Source: an uncultured Clostridia bacterium (GTDB taxonomy: Bacteria; Bacillota; Clostridia; Christensenellales; CAAEEZ01). Taken from it: a stretch of DNA of 64,000 bases. The position numbers were made by a program, and so were the translations under genes. This document shows, one piece after another, positions 37,968 to 49,253 of the stretch. Every line of letters starts with the position of its first letter. The first letter of the stretch is position 1. The stretch lies in contig CAKRNA010000006.1 in the NCBI GenBank assembly GCA_934365195.1, forward strand, positions 72,962-136,961, in the 5' to 3' direction. The notes below the pieces were generated by a model. It worked only from the letters and a program-made list of their open reading frames with translations. It was not told the DNA's origin and ran no database searches.

Positions 37968-39233
37968 TTATTTTATTACGTCCACAGGCATATACTTTTT
38001 AAGCGCCTCAGGAATTGTTATCGAGCCGTCAGCGTTTTGGTAGTTTTCCATAATGGCAGCAACGGTTCTTCCTACGGCAAGTCCGCTACCGTTTAGGGTG
38101 TGTACGAGTTTTAGTTTGCCGTCGTCGTCACGGAACTTAATGTTTGCCCTACGTGCTTGGAAATCCTCAAAATTCGAGCAAGAACTGATTTCCACGTATC
38201 TGTTGTAACTTGGCATCCAAACCTCGATATCGTAGGTTTTAGCGCTAGAAAAACCAACGTCGCCCGAGCACAACGTTACCACTCTGTACGGCAGTTTTAG
38301 TTGTTGCAAAACGTACTCTGCGTCAGCGGTAAGTTTTTCAAGTTCGTCGTAACTATTTTCAGGGTTTGCAAATTTTACAAGTTCCACCTTATTGAATTGA
38401 TGTTGGCGGATAAGACCTCTTGTGTCTCTTCCTGCCGAGCCTGCCTCCCCCCTAAAACAAGCGGTGTAAGCGCAGTATTTAATAGGTAGGTCTGCCTTAT
38501 TTAGTATTTCGTCACGGTGTAGGTTAGTTACGGGAACTTCGGCGGTTGGCACAAGGTAGTAGTCGGTGTTTTCCACGTGGTACATATCCTCGGCAAACTT
38601 AGGCAGTTGTCCCGTGCCTTTCATAGAGGCGGTGTTTACCATAAACGGTGGCAAAATTTCGGTGTAGCCGTGAATGAAGTGAGAGTCTAGCATAAAGTTT
38701 ATTACGGCTCTTTCTAGTTTTGCGCCAAGCCCACGATAAACGGTGAACCTTGCGCCCGTGATTTTGCCGGCCCTTGGCCAGTCTAAAATATTTAGGTTAA
38801 CGCCCAAATCCCAATGTGCCTTTGGCTCGAAGTCGAAGGCGGTAGGCTCTAAAAACTTCCTTTCCTCACGGTTGTCCTTGTCGCTTTCGCCGATAGGAAG
38901 CGAGTCGTCGTACACGTTAGGGATAGCGTACATAGCGGTTTGAAGGTCTTCCTCCACTTTTGCTAGTTCGTCGTCTAAGCGGGTGATTTCGTCGCCAAGT
39001 TTTTTGGTTTCGTTAATCACGTCGCTAGCGTCCTTTTTCTCCCTTTTTAGCACGGCAATTTGCTGTGATACGGCGTTCTTTTCAGCCTTTAATTGCTCCA
39101 CTTCTCTTATTATTTCCTTTCTTCTTAGGGCTAAATCCCTAGCCTCTCTTACAGGGAAAGGACCACCGCTACGGTGAGATAGTTTTTCAAAAACCTCGTC
39201 GTTATGCTCGGTCAAATATTTTAAGTCTAGCAT
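37968..39233 (-). CDS. serS: Serine--tRNA ligase
   Basis: N-terminal coiled-coil arm plus class II core motifs; 421 aa. Confidence 0.95.
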   Translation of the reverse strand: MLDLKYLTEHNDEVFEKLSHRSGGPFPVREARDLALRRKEIIREVEQLKAEKNAVSQQIAVLKREKKDASDVINETKKLGDEITRLDDELAKVEEDLQTAMYAIPNVYDDSLPIGESDKDNREERKFLEPTAFDFEPKAHWDLGVNLNILDWPRAGKITGARFTVYRGLGAKLERAVINFMLDSHFIHGYTEILPPFMVNTASMKGTGQLPKFAEDMYHVENTDYYLVPTAEVPVTNLHRDEILNKADLPIKYCAYTACFRGEAGSAGRDTRGLIRQHQFNKVELVKFANPENSYDELEKLTADAEYVLQQLKLPYRVVTLCSGDVGFSSAKTYDIEVWMPSYNRYVEISSCSNFEDFQARRANIKFRDDDGKLKLVHTLNGSGLAVGRTVAAIMENYQNADGSITIPEALKKYMPVDVIK

Positions 39234-39247
39234 ATTTCCTCCTTATA

Positions 39248-41677
39248 TTACGCTAAAACGATATTTATCAATCTGTTAGGTATAGCAATAAGTTTCTTTA
39301 CGGTTTTGCCTTGGATTAGTTCTTTTACGGTTTCGTCATTAAGCACTAATTTTTCAAGTTCCTCTTTGCTTATTGAGGAAGGAACTACGATTTTTGCCTT
39401 TACCTTGCTGTTGATTTGAACGGCAAGTTCCACCTCGTCAAGAACAAGCGCTTTTTCGTCGTAGATCGGGTATTTTTGGTTAAATACCGAGCCCTTGAAG
39501 AATCCGCATTTCTCGTTGATTTCCTCAGCAAAGTGAGGGGTGATAGGTGCAAGTAGTAGGATTAAATCCTTCAAACAGTCCTCGTAAAGCCTATTTTTAA
39601 CTTCGCAAGAAGCGTCGTATTTGTTTAGTGCGTTGGTAAGTTCCATAATCTTAGCAATAGCGGTGTTGAACGCAAAGTCGTCCATATCGGTAGTGCAAGC
39701 CTTAATGGTGTTGTTACGAACGTAATTTAGTTCCTTTTCAGCCTTTTGGTAAGGTGCGTCAACGTACTTGTAAGATTTAGCGGTTTCGTACATTCTGTCC
39801 ACTTTTTCGATATACTTGTTGATAGCCTTAATGCCGTCCTCGTTCCAAGGGCCACCGTCGATATAACTAAATCCGAACATTAAGTACATTCTAAATACGT
39901 CCGAACCAAACTCTTTTACAAAAGTGTCAGGAGAGATTACGTTGCCCTTTGACTTGCTCATTTTGTTTCCGTCGCTGCCTAGGATAGTGCCTTGGTGAAC
40001 AAGCGACTGGAATGGCTCGTCAAAACTTAAATAGCCCATATCCCTTAACGCTTTGGTGAAAAATCTTGCGTAAAGTAGGTGCATACAAGCGTGCTCAGCA
40101 CCGCCGATATACTTGTCAACAGGTAGCATTTTGTCCACGATTTCCTTATTGAAAGCCTCTTTGTCGTTGTGCGGATCGGCATAACGCAAGAAGTACCAAC
40201 TTGAACATACGAAAGTGTCCAAAGTGTCCACCTCACGCTTTGCAGGGCGTCCACAGATAGGGCAAACGGTGTTTACGAATTCGTCACACTTAGCAAGCGG
40301 AGATTTTCCGTCAGGCTTAAACTCTACGTTGTAAGGAAGTTCCACAGGTAGTTGCTCCTCAGGAACGGGAACAATGCCACAATGGTCGCAGTAAACTACA
40401 GGAATCGGGCAACCCCAGTACCTTTGCCTTGAAACCAGCCAGTCACGTAGCCTGTAATTAGTTACAAGCCTTCCGTTTCCGTCCTCTTTCAGTTTTTTGG
40501 TGATAGCAGCCTTAGCCTCTTCGGTGGTCATACCGTCAAAGCCCGGGGTGTTACAGACGATACCCTCTTCGCAGTATGGCAAAGTGTCGTCGCCGTTAGG
40601 GTTTTGAATTACTCTAACGATAGGCAAGTTGTGTTTTTTAGCAAAGATATAGTCTCTATCGTCGTGAGCGGCAACGCCCATTACAGCGCCCGTGCCGTAA
40701 CTTGCTAGTACGTAGTCGGCAACAAGAACGGGAACTTTTTCGTTGTTTATAGGGTTAATGGCGTAAGCACCTGTAAATACGCCCGTTTTTTCACGAGCGG
40801 TGGATAGCCTTTCGATTTCGTTAATTTTAGCGCAATCCTCTCTATACTTTTCCACAATCGCCTTATTTTCAGGGGTGGTGATTTTGTCCACAAGTTCGTT
40901 TTCAGGGGCAAGAACAACGTAGGTTACGCCGTTTAGGGTGTCCACACGGGTGGTGAATACGTTAAACTTCTCGCCGGAAGTTAAGGTGAAAGTAACCTCT
41001 GTACCGGTGGATTTACCTATCCAATGCTTTTGCATTAGCACCGTCTTTTTAGGCCAGTCCAAAGTGTCTAAGCCTTGAAGCAACTCCTCAGAATAGTCGG
41101 TGATTTTGAAGAACCATTGCGTAAGGTTTTTCCTAATTACTTCAGAGCCACATCTTTCGCAACGATTGTCTACGACTTGCTCGTTAGCAAGAACGGTTTG
41201 GCAACTAGGACACCAGTTAACAGGCGCTTCCTTTCTGTAAGCAAGACCGTGCTTGTAAAGTTGTAAGAAAATCCATTGAGTCCACTTATAATACTCAGGG
41301 GTGCAGGTGATTACCTCGTTTTCCCAGTTAAAAGTAGCGCCCATTTCTTTTAGGGTTTCTTCCATCGTTGCTATATTTTTCATCGTGCTGTCTTTAGGGT
41401 GAACGCCGGTTTTAATAGCGTAGTTTTCAGCAGGCAAACCGAAAGCGTCAAATCCCATTGGTTGAAAAACTTCGTAGCCTTGCATACGCTTAAAACGTGC
41501 GTAACTGTCGCTAGGACCGTAGTTATACCAGTGTCCAACGTGAAGTTTAGCAGCAGAAGGGTAGGAGAACATTTCGAGTACGTACCATTTTTTGTCCATA
41601 TTCTCTTTATGGAACTTGTACAACTCGCTTTCTTCCCAAATTTTTTGCCACTTTTTCTCGGTTTCAACTAAATTCAT
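39248..41677 (-). CDS. leuS: Leucine--tRNA ligase
   Basis: HIGH-type motif (LHVGH), KMSKS, editing domain; 809 aa. Confidence 0.95.
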   Translation of the reverse strand: MNLVETEKKWQKIWEESELYKFHKENMDKKWYVLEMFSYPSAAKLHVGHWYNYGPSDSYARFKRMQGYEVFQPMGFDAFGLPAENYAIKTGVHPKDSTMKNIATMEETLKEMGATFNWENEVITCTPEYYKWTQWIFLQLYKHGLAYRKEAPVNWCPSCQTVLANEQVVDNRCERCGSEVIRKNLTQWFFKITDYSEELLQGLDTLDWPKKTVLMQKHWIGKSTGTEVTFTLTSGEKFNVFTTRVDTLNGVTYVVLAPENELVDKITTPENKAIVEKYREDCAKINEIERLSTAREKTGVFTGAYAINPINNEKVPVLVADYVLASYGTGAVMGVAAHDDRDYIFAKKHNLPIVRVIQNPNGDDTLPYCEEGIVCNTPGFDGMTTEEAKAAITKKLKEDGNGRLVTNYRLRDWLVSRQRYWGCPIPVVYCDHCGIVPVPEEQLPVELPYNVEFKPDGKSPLAKCDEFVNTVCPICGRPAKREVDTLDTFVCSSWYFLRYADPHNDKEAFNKEIVDKMLPVDKYIGGAEHACMHLLYARFFTKALRDMGYLSFDEPFQSLVHQGTILGSDGNKMSKSKGNVISPDTFVKEFGSDVFRMYLMFGFSYIDGGPWNEDGIKAINKYIEKVDRMYETAKSYKYVDAPYQKAEKELNYVRNNTIKACTTDMDDFAFNTAIAKIMELTNALNKYDASCEVKNRLYEDCLKDLILLLAPITPHFAEEINEKCGFFKGSVFNQKYPIYDEKALVLDEVELAVQINSKVKAKIVVPSSISKEELEKLVLNDETVKELIQGKTVKKLIAIPNRLINIVLA

Positions 41678-41949
41678 TTTTATTCTCCATACGTTAAATT
41701 ATAATATATATTTTTAATACTAATACTATTACAAAATTATGTCAATCTAATTTTGACGTAAGAGAGGCACGGCAAGGGTTAATTTTTTCTTAAATTCTGC
41801 TAAAAGGAAGAATTTTTTATTAAAACGAGCGGAAAATTAAAAAAATTACTTAACCAAACACAATTATTGAAGTAATATTGCAATTTTACTTAAAATATTG
41901 TATGATAAAAATGGATAATTTTGAAAGATGATTTTATAAGGAGAGAGAG

Positions 41950-43614
41950 ATGGCAAGATTAAATAAAGCATGTCCTATATGCTTTTTAAAAAACGTTTTC
42001 AAACCAAAATACGCTTTGGTTGATATAAATACGGACGAAGTTTTTAATAACGGCGTTTTGTTGACTCCGCCTATGGGTTGGAGCAGTTGGAACTGTTTTA
42101 GAAATAAAATCAGCGAGGAGATGATACTTGACGTAGCAAAGGCTTACCAAAAGAGCGGTCTTATCGAGGCAGGCTACAAGTACTTCAACCTAGACGACGA
42201 CTGGCATTCTAGTTTGCGTGACGAAAACGGCGAACTTCAAGGCGATTTGTCCAAGTTCCCAAGAAACGTAGCGCCACTTGTAAAAGACCTTAACGATATG
42301 GGGCTAAAAGTGGGCATTTATTCGTCTAACGGCACTCTTACTTGCGAGGATTTGCCTGCAAGCGAGGGCAACGAGGACAGAGACGCTTACACCTTTGCAA
42401 AGTGGGGCATAGAGTACTTTAAGTACGACTTCTGCCACAACGTACCGCTATCTAAAAACGCACCGCTTATTTCTGTTATGAGCCTTGCAAAACTTGGCGA
42501 AAAGGAGAAGTATTCTTACAGCGTGGATACGGCGCACCTTGAAGGCTCGGCTAGGATATTTAAGGATAAAAAGTTGCCAAACGGCAAGTTCGTATCGGGC
42601 TTAGACGCAAACAAGGGCTCTATTACGTTTGAAAACGTAAACGTGGACGAGGCGGGCAAATACGCCCTAACCCTTACCGTTAAAAAGTACGGCTGGACTT
42701 ACGATAAGTATGCAATGATAATCGTAAACGGCAACAAAAAATACGAGATTTCCACCCCGGGCTGTAAGCCTTGGAACGACTATACGAGGTGTCAAGTCGT
42801 AGTGGAACTTGAAAAGGGCGTGAACACGATAAAAATATTCAACCCGATTGCAACTAGAGTGGACAGCGCAAGGATTCTTTACAAGCGTATGAGCGACGCT
42901 TTAATCAGGCAAACCGAAAGGCACGCAAAAGAAACGGGCAGCGAGGTTAAGCCGATTGCTTTTTCTATTTGCGAATGGGGATTCAACAAGCCGTATTTGT
43001 GGGGAAGATTTACGGGCAATTTGTGGAGAACCACTATGGATATCCGCCCGTGGATAACCCTAATCAACAAAATATATCGCCACAACGTAAAACTGTACGA
43101 GTACGCAGGCGTTGGCACTTACAACGATCCCGATATGTTAGAGGTGGGCAACGGCAAACTTACCCCAAATCAAAACAAATCGCACTTCTCGTTGTGGTGT
43201 ATGATGGCGTCGCCTTTAATTCTCGGTAACGACCTAAGAAAGTTTATTTTGCCAAACGGCGAAGTGGACGAAAGCAACGAAACCTTGAAGATAATCACTA
43301 ATAAAAACCTAATAGCAATCGACCAAGACAAACTATGCAAGCCTGCAAAACCTATTAAGTTAGGCAGGATTGACATATTAGCAAGACCATTAGAGAGCGG
43401 CAGAGTTGCGCTATGCTTATACAACAAGTCAAGGATAGGCAAAACCGCTCGTTTCGACGTAAGGAAACTAATTAACGACAAGTACGTTTGCCTAGACGAG
43501 GCTAAGGCTTACGAAATTGTAGAGCAATGGAGCGGGGAAACCGCAGAGGAAAAAATCAGCGTAAAATTAGAGGCGTTCCAGTCTAAAGTTTACGTTATTA
43601 CCCCTATAAAATAA
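41950..43614 (+). CDS. GH27 alpha-galactosidase-like enzyme with a large internal insertion
   Basis: PPMGWSSWN, LDDDW and nucleophile motif KYDFC. About 145 extra aa come before MSDAL...SICEWG. Confidence 0.75.
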   Translation: MARLNKACPICFLKNVFKPKYALVDINTDEVFNNGVLLTPPMGWSSWNCFRNKISEEMILDVAKAYQKSGLIEAGYKYFNLDDDWHSSLRDENGELQGDLSKFPRNVAPLVKDLNDMGLKVGIYSSNGTLTCEDLPASEGNEDRDAYTFAKWGIEYFKYDFCHNVPLSKNAPLISVMSLAKLGEKEKYSYSVDTAHLEGSARIFKDKKLPNGKFVSGLDANKGSITFENVNVDEAGKYALTLTVKKYGWTYDKYAMIIVNGNKKYEISTPGCKPWNDYTRCQVVVELEKGVNTIKIFNPIATRVDSARILYKRMSDALIRQTERHAKETGSEVKPIAFSICEWGFNKPYLWGRFTGNLWRTTMDIRPWITLINKIYRHNVKLYEYAGVGTYNDPDMLEVGNGKLTPNQNKSHFSLWCMMASPLILGNDLRKFILPNGEVDESNETLKIITNKNLIAIDQDKLCKPAKPIKLGRIDILARPLESGRVALCLYNKSRIGKTARFDVRKLINDKYVCLDEAKAYEIVEQWSGETAEEKISVKLEAFQSKVYVITPIK

Positions 43615-43624
43615 GAGGTATTTT

Positions 43625-45412
43625 ATGAAAATTCTTAGTACAAATTTTGGCAAAGCAATCGACAAAAACAATCCGCTACCTGAGTATCCAAGACCTCAAA
43701 TGGTAAGGGATAATTACCTAATGCTTAACGGATATTGGGATTATGCAATATGCAATATCAACAAAACGAGGAATAAGTACGACGGCAAAATCGTAGTTCC
43801 GTTTTCGCCCGAGGCAAAACTTTCAGGCGTGCAAAGGCAAGTATCTCCTGACGACGTATTGTACTATAAAAAGGAGTTTAAACTTGACTTTTTGAAAGAT
43901 AAACCTCGTGTTTTGTTGCATTTTGATGCTGTTGACTATATTGCGGAGGTTACTCTAAACGGCGTGGTTATAGGCAAGCACAACGGCGGATTTTTGCCGT
44001 TTACATTCGACGTAACTAATTACGTAGACAAGGAAAACGTGCTTGAAGTAAAGGTGACTGATCCTACCGACACGATGGCGCAAGCAAGAGGAAAGCAGAA
44101 GTTAAAAAGAGGCGGCATTTTCTACACGGCGCAAAGCGGTATTTGGCAAAGCGTGTGGATAGAGCAAGTGGCTGAAAACTACGTGGAAAAGATAAAACTT
44201 ACCCCCGATATCGATACTCGCACATTAGAGTTGAAACTTTTCCCGTCGGGCGAGATTGAAAAGAAAAAAATCAAAGTCAGCCTAAGAGGAGAGGTGGTTT
44301 TGGAGCAAGAGTTTACCCAAAACGAATGCACCCTTCAATTTGGCGAGGTGGAGTTGTGGTCGCCTGAAAATCCGACTTTGTACGACTACGAAATAACCGC
44401 AGGAGAGGATAGTTTTACGGGCTATTTTGCAATGCGCAAGTTCAGTACAAAGGTAGCCGACGACGGAAAAACAAGGTTTTATTTAAACAATTTGCCGTAC
44501 TTCCAAAGCGGGCTATTAGACCAAGGCTACTGGCCTGACGGACTACTTACCGCTCCTAGCGACGAGGCTATGATTTACGATATTAAAACCATGAAAGAAA
44601 TGGGCTTTAATATGTTAAGAAAACATATCAAAATAGAGCCGCTTAGGTGGTATTATCATTGCGACAGGCTGGGCATGATAGTATGGCAGGACTTTGTAAA
44701 CGGTGGTGGCAAAATCCACATGGGTAGAATGGGTATTGCAGGAATGTTGCACCTACCCGTTTCGGACACGAATTACAAGTTCTTCTCTAGGACGAACATT
44801 ATGGGCAGAGCCGAGTATCTAAACGAAGTGGAGCAAACTATCGAGCATTTGTACAACGTGCCGTCTATTGCCGTATGGGTTCCGTTTAACGAGGGCTGGG
44901 GACAGTTTGACAGCGCTATGGTGGTAAGCAAAATTTTGTCCATCGACGACACGAGGCTTATCGACCACGCAAGCGGTTGGGTGGACCAAAGAATAGGCGA
45001 TTTTAGAAGTTTGCACGTGTACTGGCGCAAGGTAAGAATACCAAAAGACGCTAGGTGCGTTGCTTTAACCGAGTTCGGTGGCTATTCGCTAGCGGTTGAC
45101 GGGCATTACGCTAAAAACAAAAAGGCGTTCGGCTACAAGTTTATGAAGAGTAGCGAGGTGCTTGAAGTAGGGTTAAAGAGGTTGTTCGAAAGAGATATTA
45201 TCGGCAATATCGAAAAGGGCTTGTCCGCATCTATTTACACGCAACTTAGCGACGTGGAGGACGAGATTAACGGACTACTTACCTACGACAGAAAGGCGGA
45301 AAAAGTTAGCAAGGAAAAAATGCAGGAAATCAACGTTGCAATTCAAGATAAGTTTAACGAGGTGCTAGGTAGCAAACTTCCAAACGGCAAGTATCAAGTT
45401 AAGGAAGACTAA
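43625..45412 (+). CDS. Glycoside hydrolase family 2-like protein
   Basis: GH2 sugar-binding-like N-terminus and TIM-barrel motif VWVPFNEGWGQ. Confidence 0.65.
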   Translation: MKILSTNFGKAIDKNNPLPEYPRPQMVRDNYLMLNGYWDYAICNINKTRNKYDGKIVVPFSPEAKLSGVQRQVSPDDVLYYKKEFKLDFLKDKPRVLLHFDAVDYIAEVTLNGVVIGKHNGGFLPFTFDVTNYVDKENVLEVKVTDPTDTMAQARGKQKLKRGGIFYTAQSGIWQSVWIEQVAENYVEKIKLTPDIDTRTLELKLFPSGEIEKKKIKVSLRGEVVLEQEFTQNECTLQFGEVELWSPENPTLYDYEITAGEDSFTGYFAMRKFSTKVADDGKTRFYLNNLPYFQSGLLDQGYWPDGLLTAPSDEAMIYDIKTMKEMGFNMLRKHIKIEPLRWYYHCDRLGMIVWQDFVNGGGKIHMGRMGIAGMLHLPVSDTNYKFFSRTNIMGRAEYLNEVEQTIEHLYNVPSIAVWVPFNEGWGQFDSAMVVSKILSIDDTRLIDHASGWVDQRIGDFRSLHVYWRKVRIPKDARCVALTEFGGYSLAVDGHYAKNKKAFGYKFMKSSEVLEVGLKRLFERDIIGNIEKGLSASIYTQLSDVEDEINGLLTYDRKAEKVSKEKMQEINVAIQDKFNEVLGSKLPNGKYQVKED

Positions 45413-45439
45413 ATAGTAAAAAGCAAATAAGTTTTAAAA

Positions 45440-45459
45440 AGAGCCAAACGGCTCTTTTT
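45440..45459 (+). terminator. Intrinsic terminator after the GH2 gene
   Basis: AGAGCC-AAAC-GGCTCT followed by TTTTTATT. Confidence 0.75.
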
Positions 45460-45484
45460 ATTATAAAAAAACAATGCTGAAACG

Positions 45485-45519
45485 CTAGTAAATAGTGGCA
45501 GTTTAGAAATCAACGTTGC
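45485..45519 (+). repeat. Dispersed ~35-bp repeat CTAGTAAATAGT..A.TTTAGAAAT.AACG
   Basis: 28 of 32 aligned positions match 54997-55032. Confidence 0.55.
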
Positions 45520-45860
45520 GTTTAATCGGAGAAAACGAAGGCAAGTTTAATCGGGCAAAACAAAAGTACTCTAAGCGAAAAAAATAAATAAAGCAAATAC
45601 GCCAAGATAGGTAGGTAGGGATAAGTAAATACAAAAAATATAAATAAGGATAAGCAAGAAAAAAGCGTAGGGAAGGTTGGTATGTGGAAAAAACAACAAA
45701 GCGTGCTTTAAAAAAGGGGCAAAAGCCGAGGGAATAAGGATAAGTAAAAAGCGATAAAAACCATAAAAAAGCGCAGGGGATTGTGCGGTGGGTAAATAAA
45801 AAAGCGTGCCAAAAAGCACGCAAAGTTTTCTAGTAAACGGTGTTAAATTTTATAGAAGGC

Positions 45861-46214
45861 TTAGAAAAGTTGGTCACAAGAAGGGTTATCTTCCGTGCCC
45901 TTATCCAAAAACCTAATTGCAGTACCGTAGGCAATTACTTCGGCAGCACCCGTTATGATTGTGGACGAGGTGTACTTTATGCCAAGGATAGCGTCTGCAC
46001 CCATACCCGTAGCCTCCTCAACCATACGTTTAGTAGCGTATTGCCTTGCCTCGTTCATCATTTTGGTGTAGGAGCGCAGTTCTCCGCCAAAAATACTTTT
46101 TAGCGAGGAGAAAATATCTTTAAACACGTTCTTAGTTTGCACCATATTGCCCTTAACTATGCCAAGAACTTCGTATTGTCTGTTTGGAACGTTATCAATA
46201 GTTGCTAATATCAT
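45861..46214 (-). CDS. YbjQ/UPF0145 family protein
   Basis: ...FGGELRSYTKMMNEARQYATKRMVEEATGMGADAILGIKY... is typical of the YbjQ family. Confidence 0.8.
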   Translation of the reverse strand: MILATIDNVPNRQYEVLGIVKGNMVQTKNVFKDIFSSLKSIFGGELRSYTKMMNEARQYATKRMVEEATGMGADAILGIKYTSSTIITGAAEVIAYGTAIRFLDKGTEDNPSCDQLF

Positions 46215-46422
46215 CGTCTTTGGTCTCCTTTATTTCTTTAATTCGTTGTAAACATACCCCTATTGATACTACCGATAATGCGGACGGCACTAAAAGTAGT
46301 ATGATTTTAAGCCACAATTCTATATCGGGAATTTTGGTAAAGCCGTATGCCATAAGCACTAAAAATGCGATTAGTACGATAGCGATAACGATAGGCGCTA
46401 CGTAATGTTTAAAGTTTTTCAT
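46195..46422 (-). CDS. Small two-TM membrane protein, overlapping the ybjQ-like start by 20 nt
   Basis: Two hydrophobic segments; translational coupling geometry. Confidence 0.5.
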   Translation of the reverse strand: MKNFKHYVAPIVIAIVLIAFLVLMAYGFTKIPDIELWLKIILLLVPSALSVVSIGVCLQRIKEIKETKDDDISNY

Positions 46423-46569
46423 TTTTACTCCGTTTTTATCATTATATCACAAAAACTTAAAAATCCAACAAAACCTATAAAGTTAAGGAAAATATCGTTT
46501 TATTTTATTGCTAATTCGTGTTATAATGTATTAAATACTGTAAAATACGGTTAAAAATAAGGATTTAGT

Positions 46570-47220
46570 ATGAAAAAACTTTGTGTATTTGATTTGGACG
46601 GAACGCTAACCGACACGTTAGAAAACCTTGCTTACGTAACTAACGCCGCACTTGGAAAATTCGGCATCAGTCCTAGCCCGACGGAAAAGTTTAAGTATTT
46701 TGCCGGCGACGGCACGAAAATGCTTATAAAAAGGGTGATGGAATATCAAAATGCGGATATGGAAAATTACGACGCTTGCCTTAAAGAGTATCTTGACTTG
46801 TTTGAAACTAAGTGCTCGTATCTGGTTAAGCCGTACGACGATATCGTAAACCTAATAAAAGAGTTAAAAGCAAGAAGAATGCACCTTGCCGTGTACTCTA
46901 ACAAGCCGCACGAAATGGCTATCAGCGTGGTGGAGGAAATCTTTGGAAAGGGTACGTTTGATATAATTATCGGGCAGAGAGAGGGGCACGAGGTAAAGCC
47001 TTCTGCGGAAGGTGTGTTTGAAGCAATGGAGAAGTTTAACGTAAAAGCAAAGGACGTGCTGTACGTGGGCGACACCAACACCGACGTAAAAACGGGCAAG
47101 AACGCAGGCGTATTTACTATCGGCGTAACTTGGGGTTTTAGAACGAGAGAGGAACTAGAAAAGGCGGGAGCGGACGTGATTATAGATAATCCGCTACAAG
47201 TATTGAACTATTTAGATTAA
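46570..47220 (+). CDS. HAD-superfamily phosphatase (phosphoglycolate phosphatase-like)
   Basis: DLDGTLTDT motif I and GDTNTD motif. Confidence 0.75.
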   Translation: MKKLCVFDLDGTLTDTLENLAYVTNAALGKFGISPSPTEKFKYFAGDGTKMLIKRVMEYQNADMENYDACLKEYLDLFETKCSYLVKPYDDIVNLIKELKARRMHLAVYSNKPHEMAISVVEEIFGKGTFDIIIGQREGHEVKPSAEGVFEAMEKFNVKAKDVLYVGDTNTDVKTGKNAGVFTIGVTWGFRTREELEKAGADVIIDNPLQVLNYLD

Positions 47221-47235
47221 CAGGAGGAAAGAGAG

Positions 47236-47658
47236 ATGTTATTAGAGGATTTAAAAAAAGAAAAAGTAGCCTATATGAAAGAAAAAAACAAAGAGGCTGT
47301 AAACGCTATGAACGCACTTATCAATAAGGCAATGCTACTAACTATCGAAAAGAGAAAGGACGGCTTAGACCTTACCGACGCCGACGTAGACGTACTATTG
47401 CAAAAGACGGAAAAAGAACTTATCGAGGAGCAAGTTGCTTACAAAAACGCAGGCAGAGAGGAGACCGTTCAAAGCCTAGAAGTTCAACTTGAAACCATCA
47501 GAAAGTACTTGCCAAAACTACTTAGCGACGACGAAATCAAGGAAATAATCAGGTCGCTAGACGATAAATCTATGCCTAACGTAATGAAGTACTTTAAGGC
47601 TAATTACAACGGCAAAGTAGATATGAAAAGAGTAGGAATAGTATTGAAACAAATATAG
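47236..47658 (+). CDS. GatB/YqeY domain protein
   Basis: YqeY-like helical sequence, 140 aa. Confidence 0.65.
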   Translation: MLLEDLKKEKVAYMKEKNKEAVNAMNALINKAMLLTIEKRKDGLDLTDADVDVLLQKTEKELIEEQVAYKNAGREETVQSLEVQLETIRKYLPKLLSDDEIKEIIRSLDDKSMPNVMKYFKANYNGKVDMKRVGIVLKQI

Positions 47659-47691
47659 AATTATATAACGTAAAAGATGAAGGAGTAAGAA

Positions 47692-48063
47692 ATGGAAGTT
47701 ATTTATTCAAACCACGCCCCAGAGGCAATAGGTCCGTATTCGCAAGCAATTAAGGTGGACGGATTTTTGTTTACGTCGGGGCAAATCCCTATTAACTCTG
47801 TTACAGGGGACGTAATAATCGGTGATATCACAAACCAAACCGAACAAGTGTGCAGAAACTTGCAAGAGGTGTTATCGGCGGCAGGCGTGGGCTTTGCAAA
47901 CGTAATCAAAACCACTTGTTTTCTTAAAGATATGTCGGACTTTGCTAGGTTTAACGAAGTGTACGCAAAGTACTTTGTGTCTAAGCCGGCAAGAAGTTGC
48001 GTTGCGGTAAAAACCTTGCCGAAAGACGTTTTGGTGGAAATTGAACTAATTGCAAAATTATAA
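47692..48063 (+). CDS. ridA: RidA/YjgF family reactive-intermediate deaminase
   Basis: APEAIGPYSQAI...GQIPI...; 123 aa. Confidence 0.85.
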   Translation: MEVIYSNHAPEAIGPYSQAIKVDGFLFTSGQIPINSVTGDVIIGDITNQTEQVCRNLQEVLSAAGVGFANVIKTTCFLKDMSDFARFNEVYAKYFVSKPARSCVAVKTLPKDVLVEIELIAKL

Positions 48064-48138
48064 CATAAAACGAGGTTTATACCTCGTTTTTGTGTGTATA
48101 AAAGCAGTTTTATGTGATTTTGGATAAAGAGAGAGAGT

Positions 48139-48591
48139 ATGATAAAAGTAGCGTTTGTTTGCCATGGTAATATTTGTAGGTCGCCTATGGCTGAGATGAT
48201 TATGGCAAAAAGAATAAAGGAAGAAGGGCTGGACGGTATTGTTACGGTGCTTTCGTTTGCAACCTCGCTTGAGGAGATAGGAAATGGCGTACATTACGGA
48301 ACGAGGGCGGTACTAGGAAGGCGAGGAGTACCCGTTTTGCCGCACAAAGCCACTAGGATAACGAAGAGCGATTACGATAATATGGATTATATAATATGTA
48401 TGGATAATAACAATATACGTAATCTTAACTACTTGCTTGGCGAATGCGACAAAGCCACGTTGCTACTGTCTTACTGTCAGGACGAGGGAGAGGTGGACGA
48501 TCCGTGGTACACAGGCGACTTTGAAAGGGCGTATTACGATATATCCCGAGGAGTTGAGGGACTAATCGGGCACATTAAGGAGAATTTATGA
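48139..48591 (+). CDS. Low-molecular-weight protein-tyrosine phosphatase
   Basis: CX5R(S) motif VCHGNICRSPMAE and DPWY. Confidence 0.85.
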   Translation: MIKVAFVCHGNICRSPMAEMIMAKRIKEEGLDGIVTVLSFATSLEEIGNGVHYGTRAVLGRRGVPVLPHKATRITKSDYDNMDYIICMDNNNIRNLNYLLGECDKATLLLSYCQDEGEVDDPWYTGDFERAYYDISRGVEGLIGHIKENL

Positions 48592-49253
48592 TAAAAGCGG
48601 TAATTTTCGATATGGACGGCGTGCTGTTAGACACCGAGCGCATGATGTCGGAGTGTTATTTTGACTTGCTTACAAAAATGGGGCTACCTAACGCTAAGGA
48701 AATAGTGCAAGAAAATTTGGGAATTGCCGGCTGCGAAATTCAAAGGCGTATGGGCGAAAGGTTTGGCAGCGAAAAGGCGGGCAAAAAGTTTTACAATAAG
48801 TTTTGCAAAACGTACGTAAAAAGGCTAATTTTAGAGGGTTTCCCCGTAAAAGAGGGTGTTAAGGAGACTCTTAGTTACCTTAAAGAGAAGGGTTATACCT
48901 TAGCCGTTGCCTCCACAACCGACACCGTGCTAGTAAAAATTACTCTAACTTTAAGCGGACTAAGAAAGTATTTTGATAGCGTCACGGGTGGCACGGACGT
49001 AAAAAACCGCAAGCCTGCCCCTGACGTGTACTTAAAAAGTATGGAGAAGATAGGCAAAACAAAGGACGAGTGCTACGCTGTGGAGGATTCCAACGTGGGA
49101 GTAAAAGCGGCAATATCGTCAGGGATAAAAACCATAATTATTCCCGACCTAATTATGCCAAATGAGGAAAACACAAACAGGGCGTTCAGAATTTTTAACA
49201 ATATGGACGAACTATTACAGTTTTTTAAAAAGGAAAACGAAGAGCCAAATTAA
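48588..49253 (+). CDS. HAD-superfamily hydrolase (beta-phosphoglucomutase-like subfamily)
   Basis: FDMDGVLLDTE motif I; 4-nt overlap with the upstream gene. Confidence 0.75.
   Translation: MIKAVIFDMDGVLLDTERMMSECYFDLLTKMGLPNAKEIVQENLGIAGCEIQRRMGERFGSEKAGKKFYNKFCKTYVKRLILEGFPVKEGVKETLSYLKEKGYTLAVASTTDTVLVKITLTLSGLRKYFDSVTGGTDVKNRKPAPDVYLKSMEKIGKTKDECYAVEDSNVGVKAAISSGIKTIIIPDLIMPNEENTNRAFRIFNNMDELLQFFKKENEEPN

Noticed and set aside
41678-41949. Expected T-box leader upstream of leuS-serS
   Set aside because: The reverse complement of the region has no GGTGG-type T-box core, specifier stem or terminator. Only promoter-like AT-rich sequence is present.
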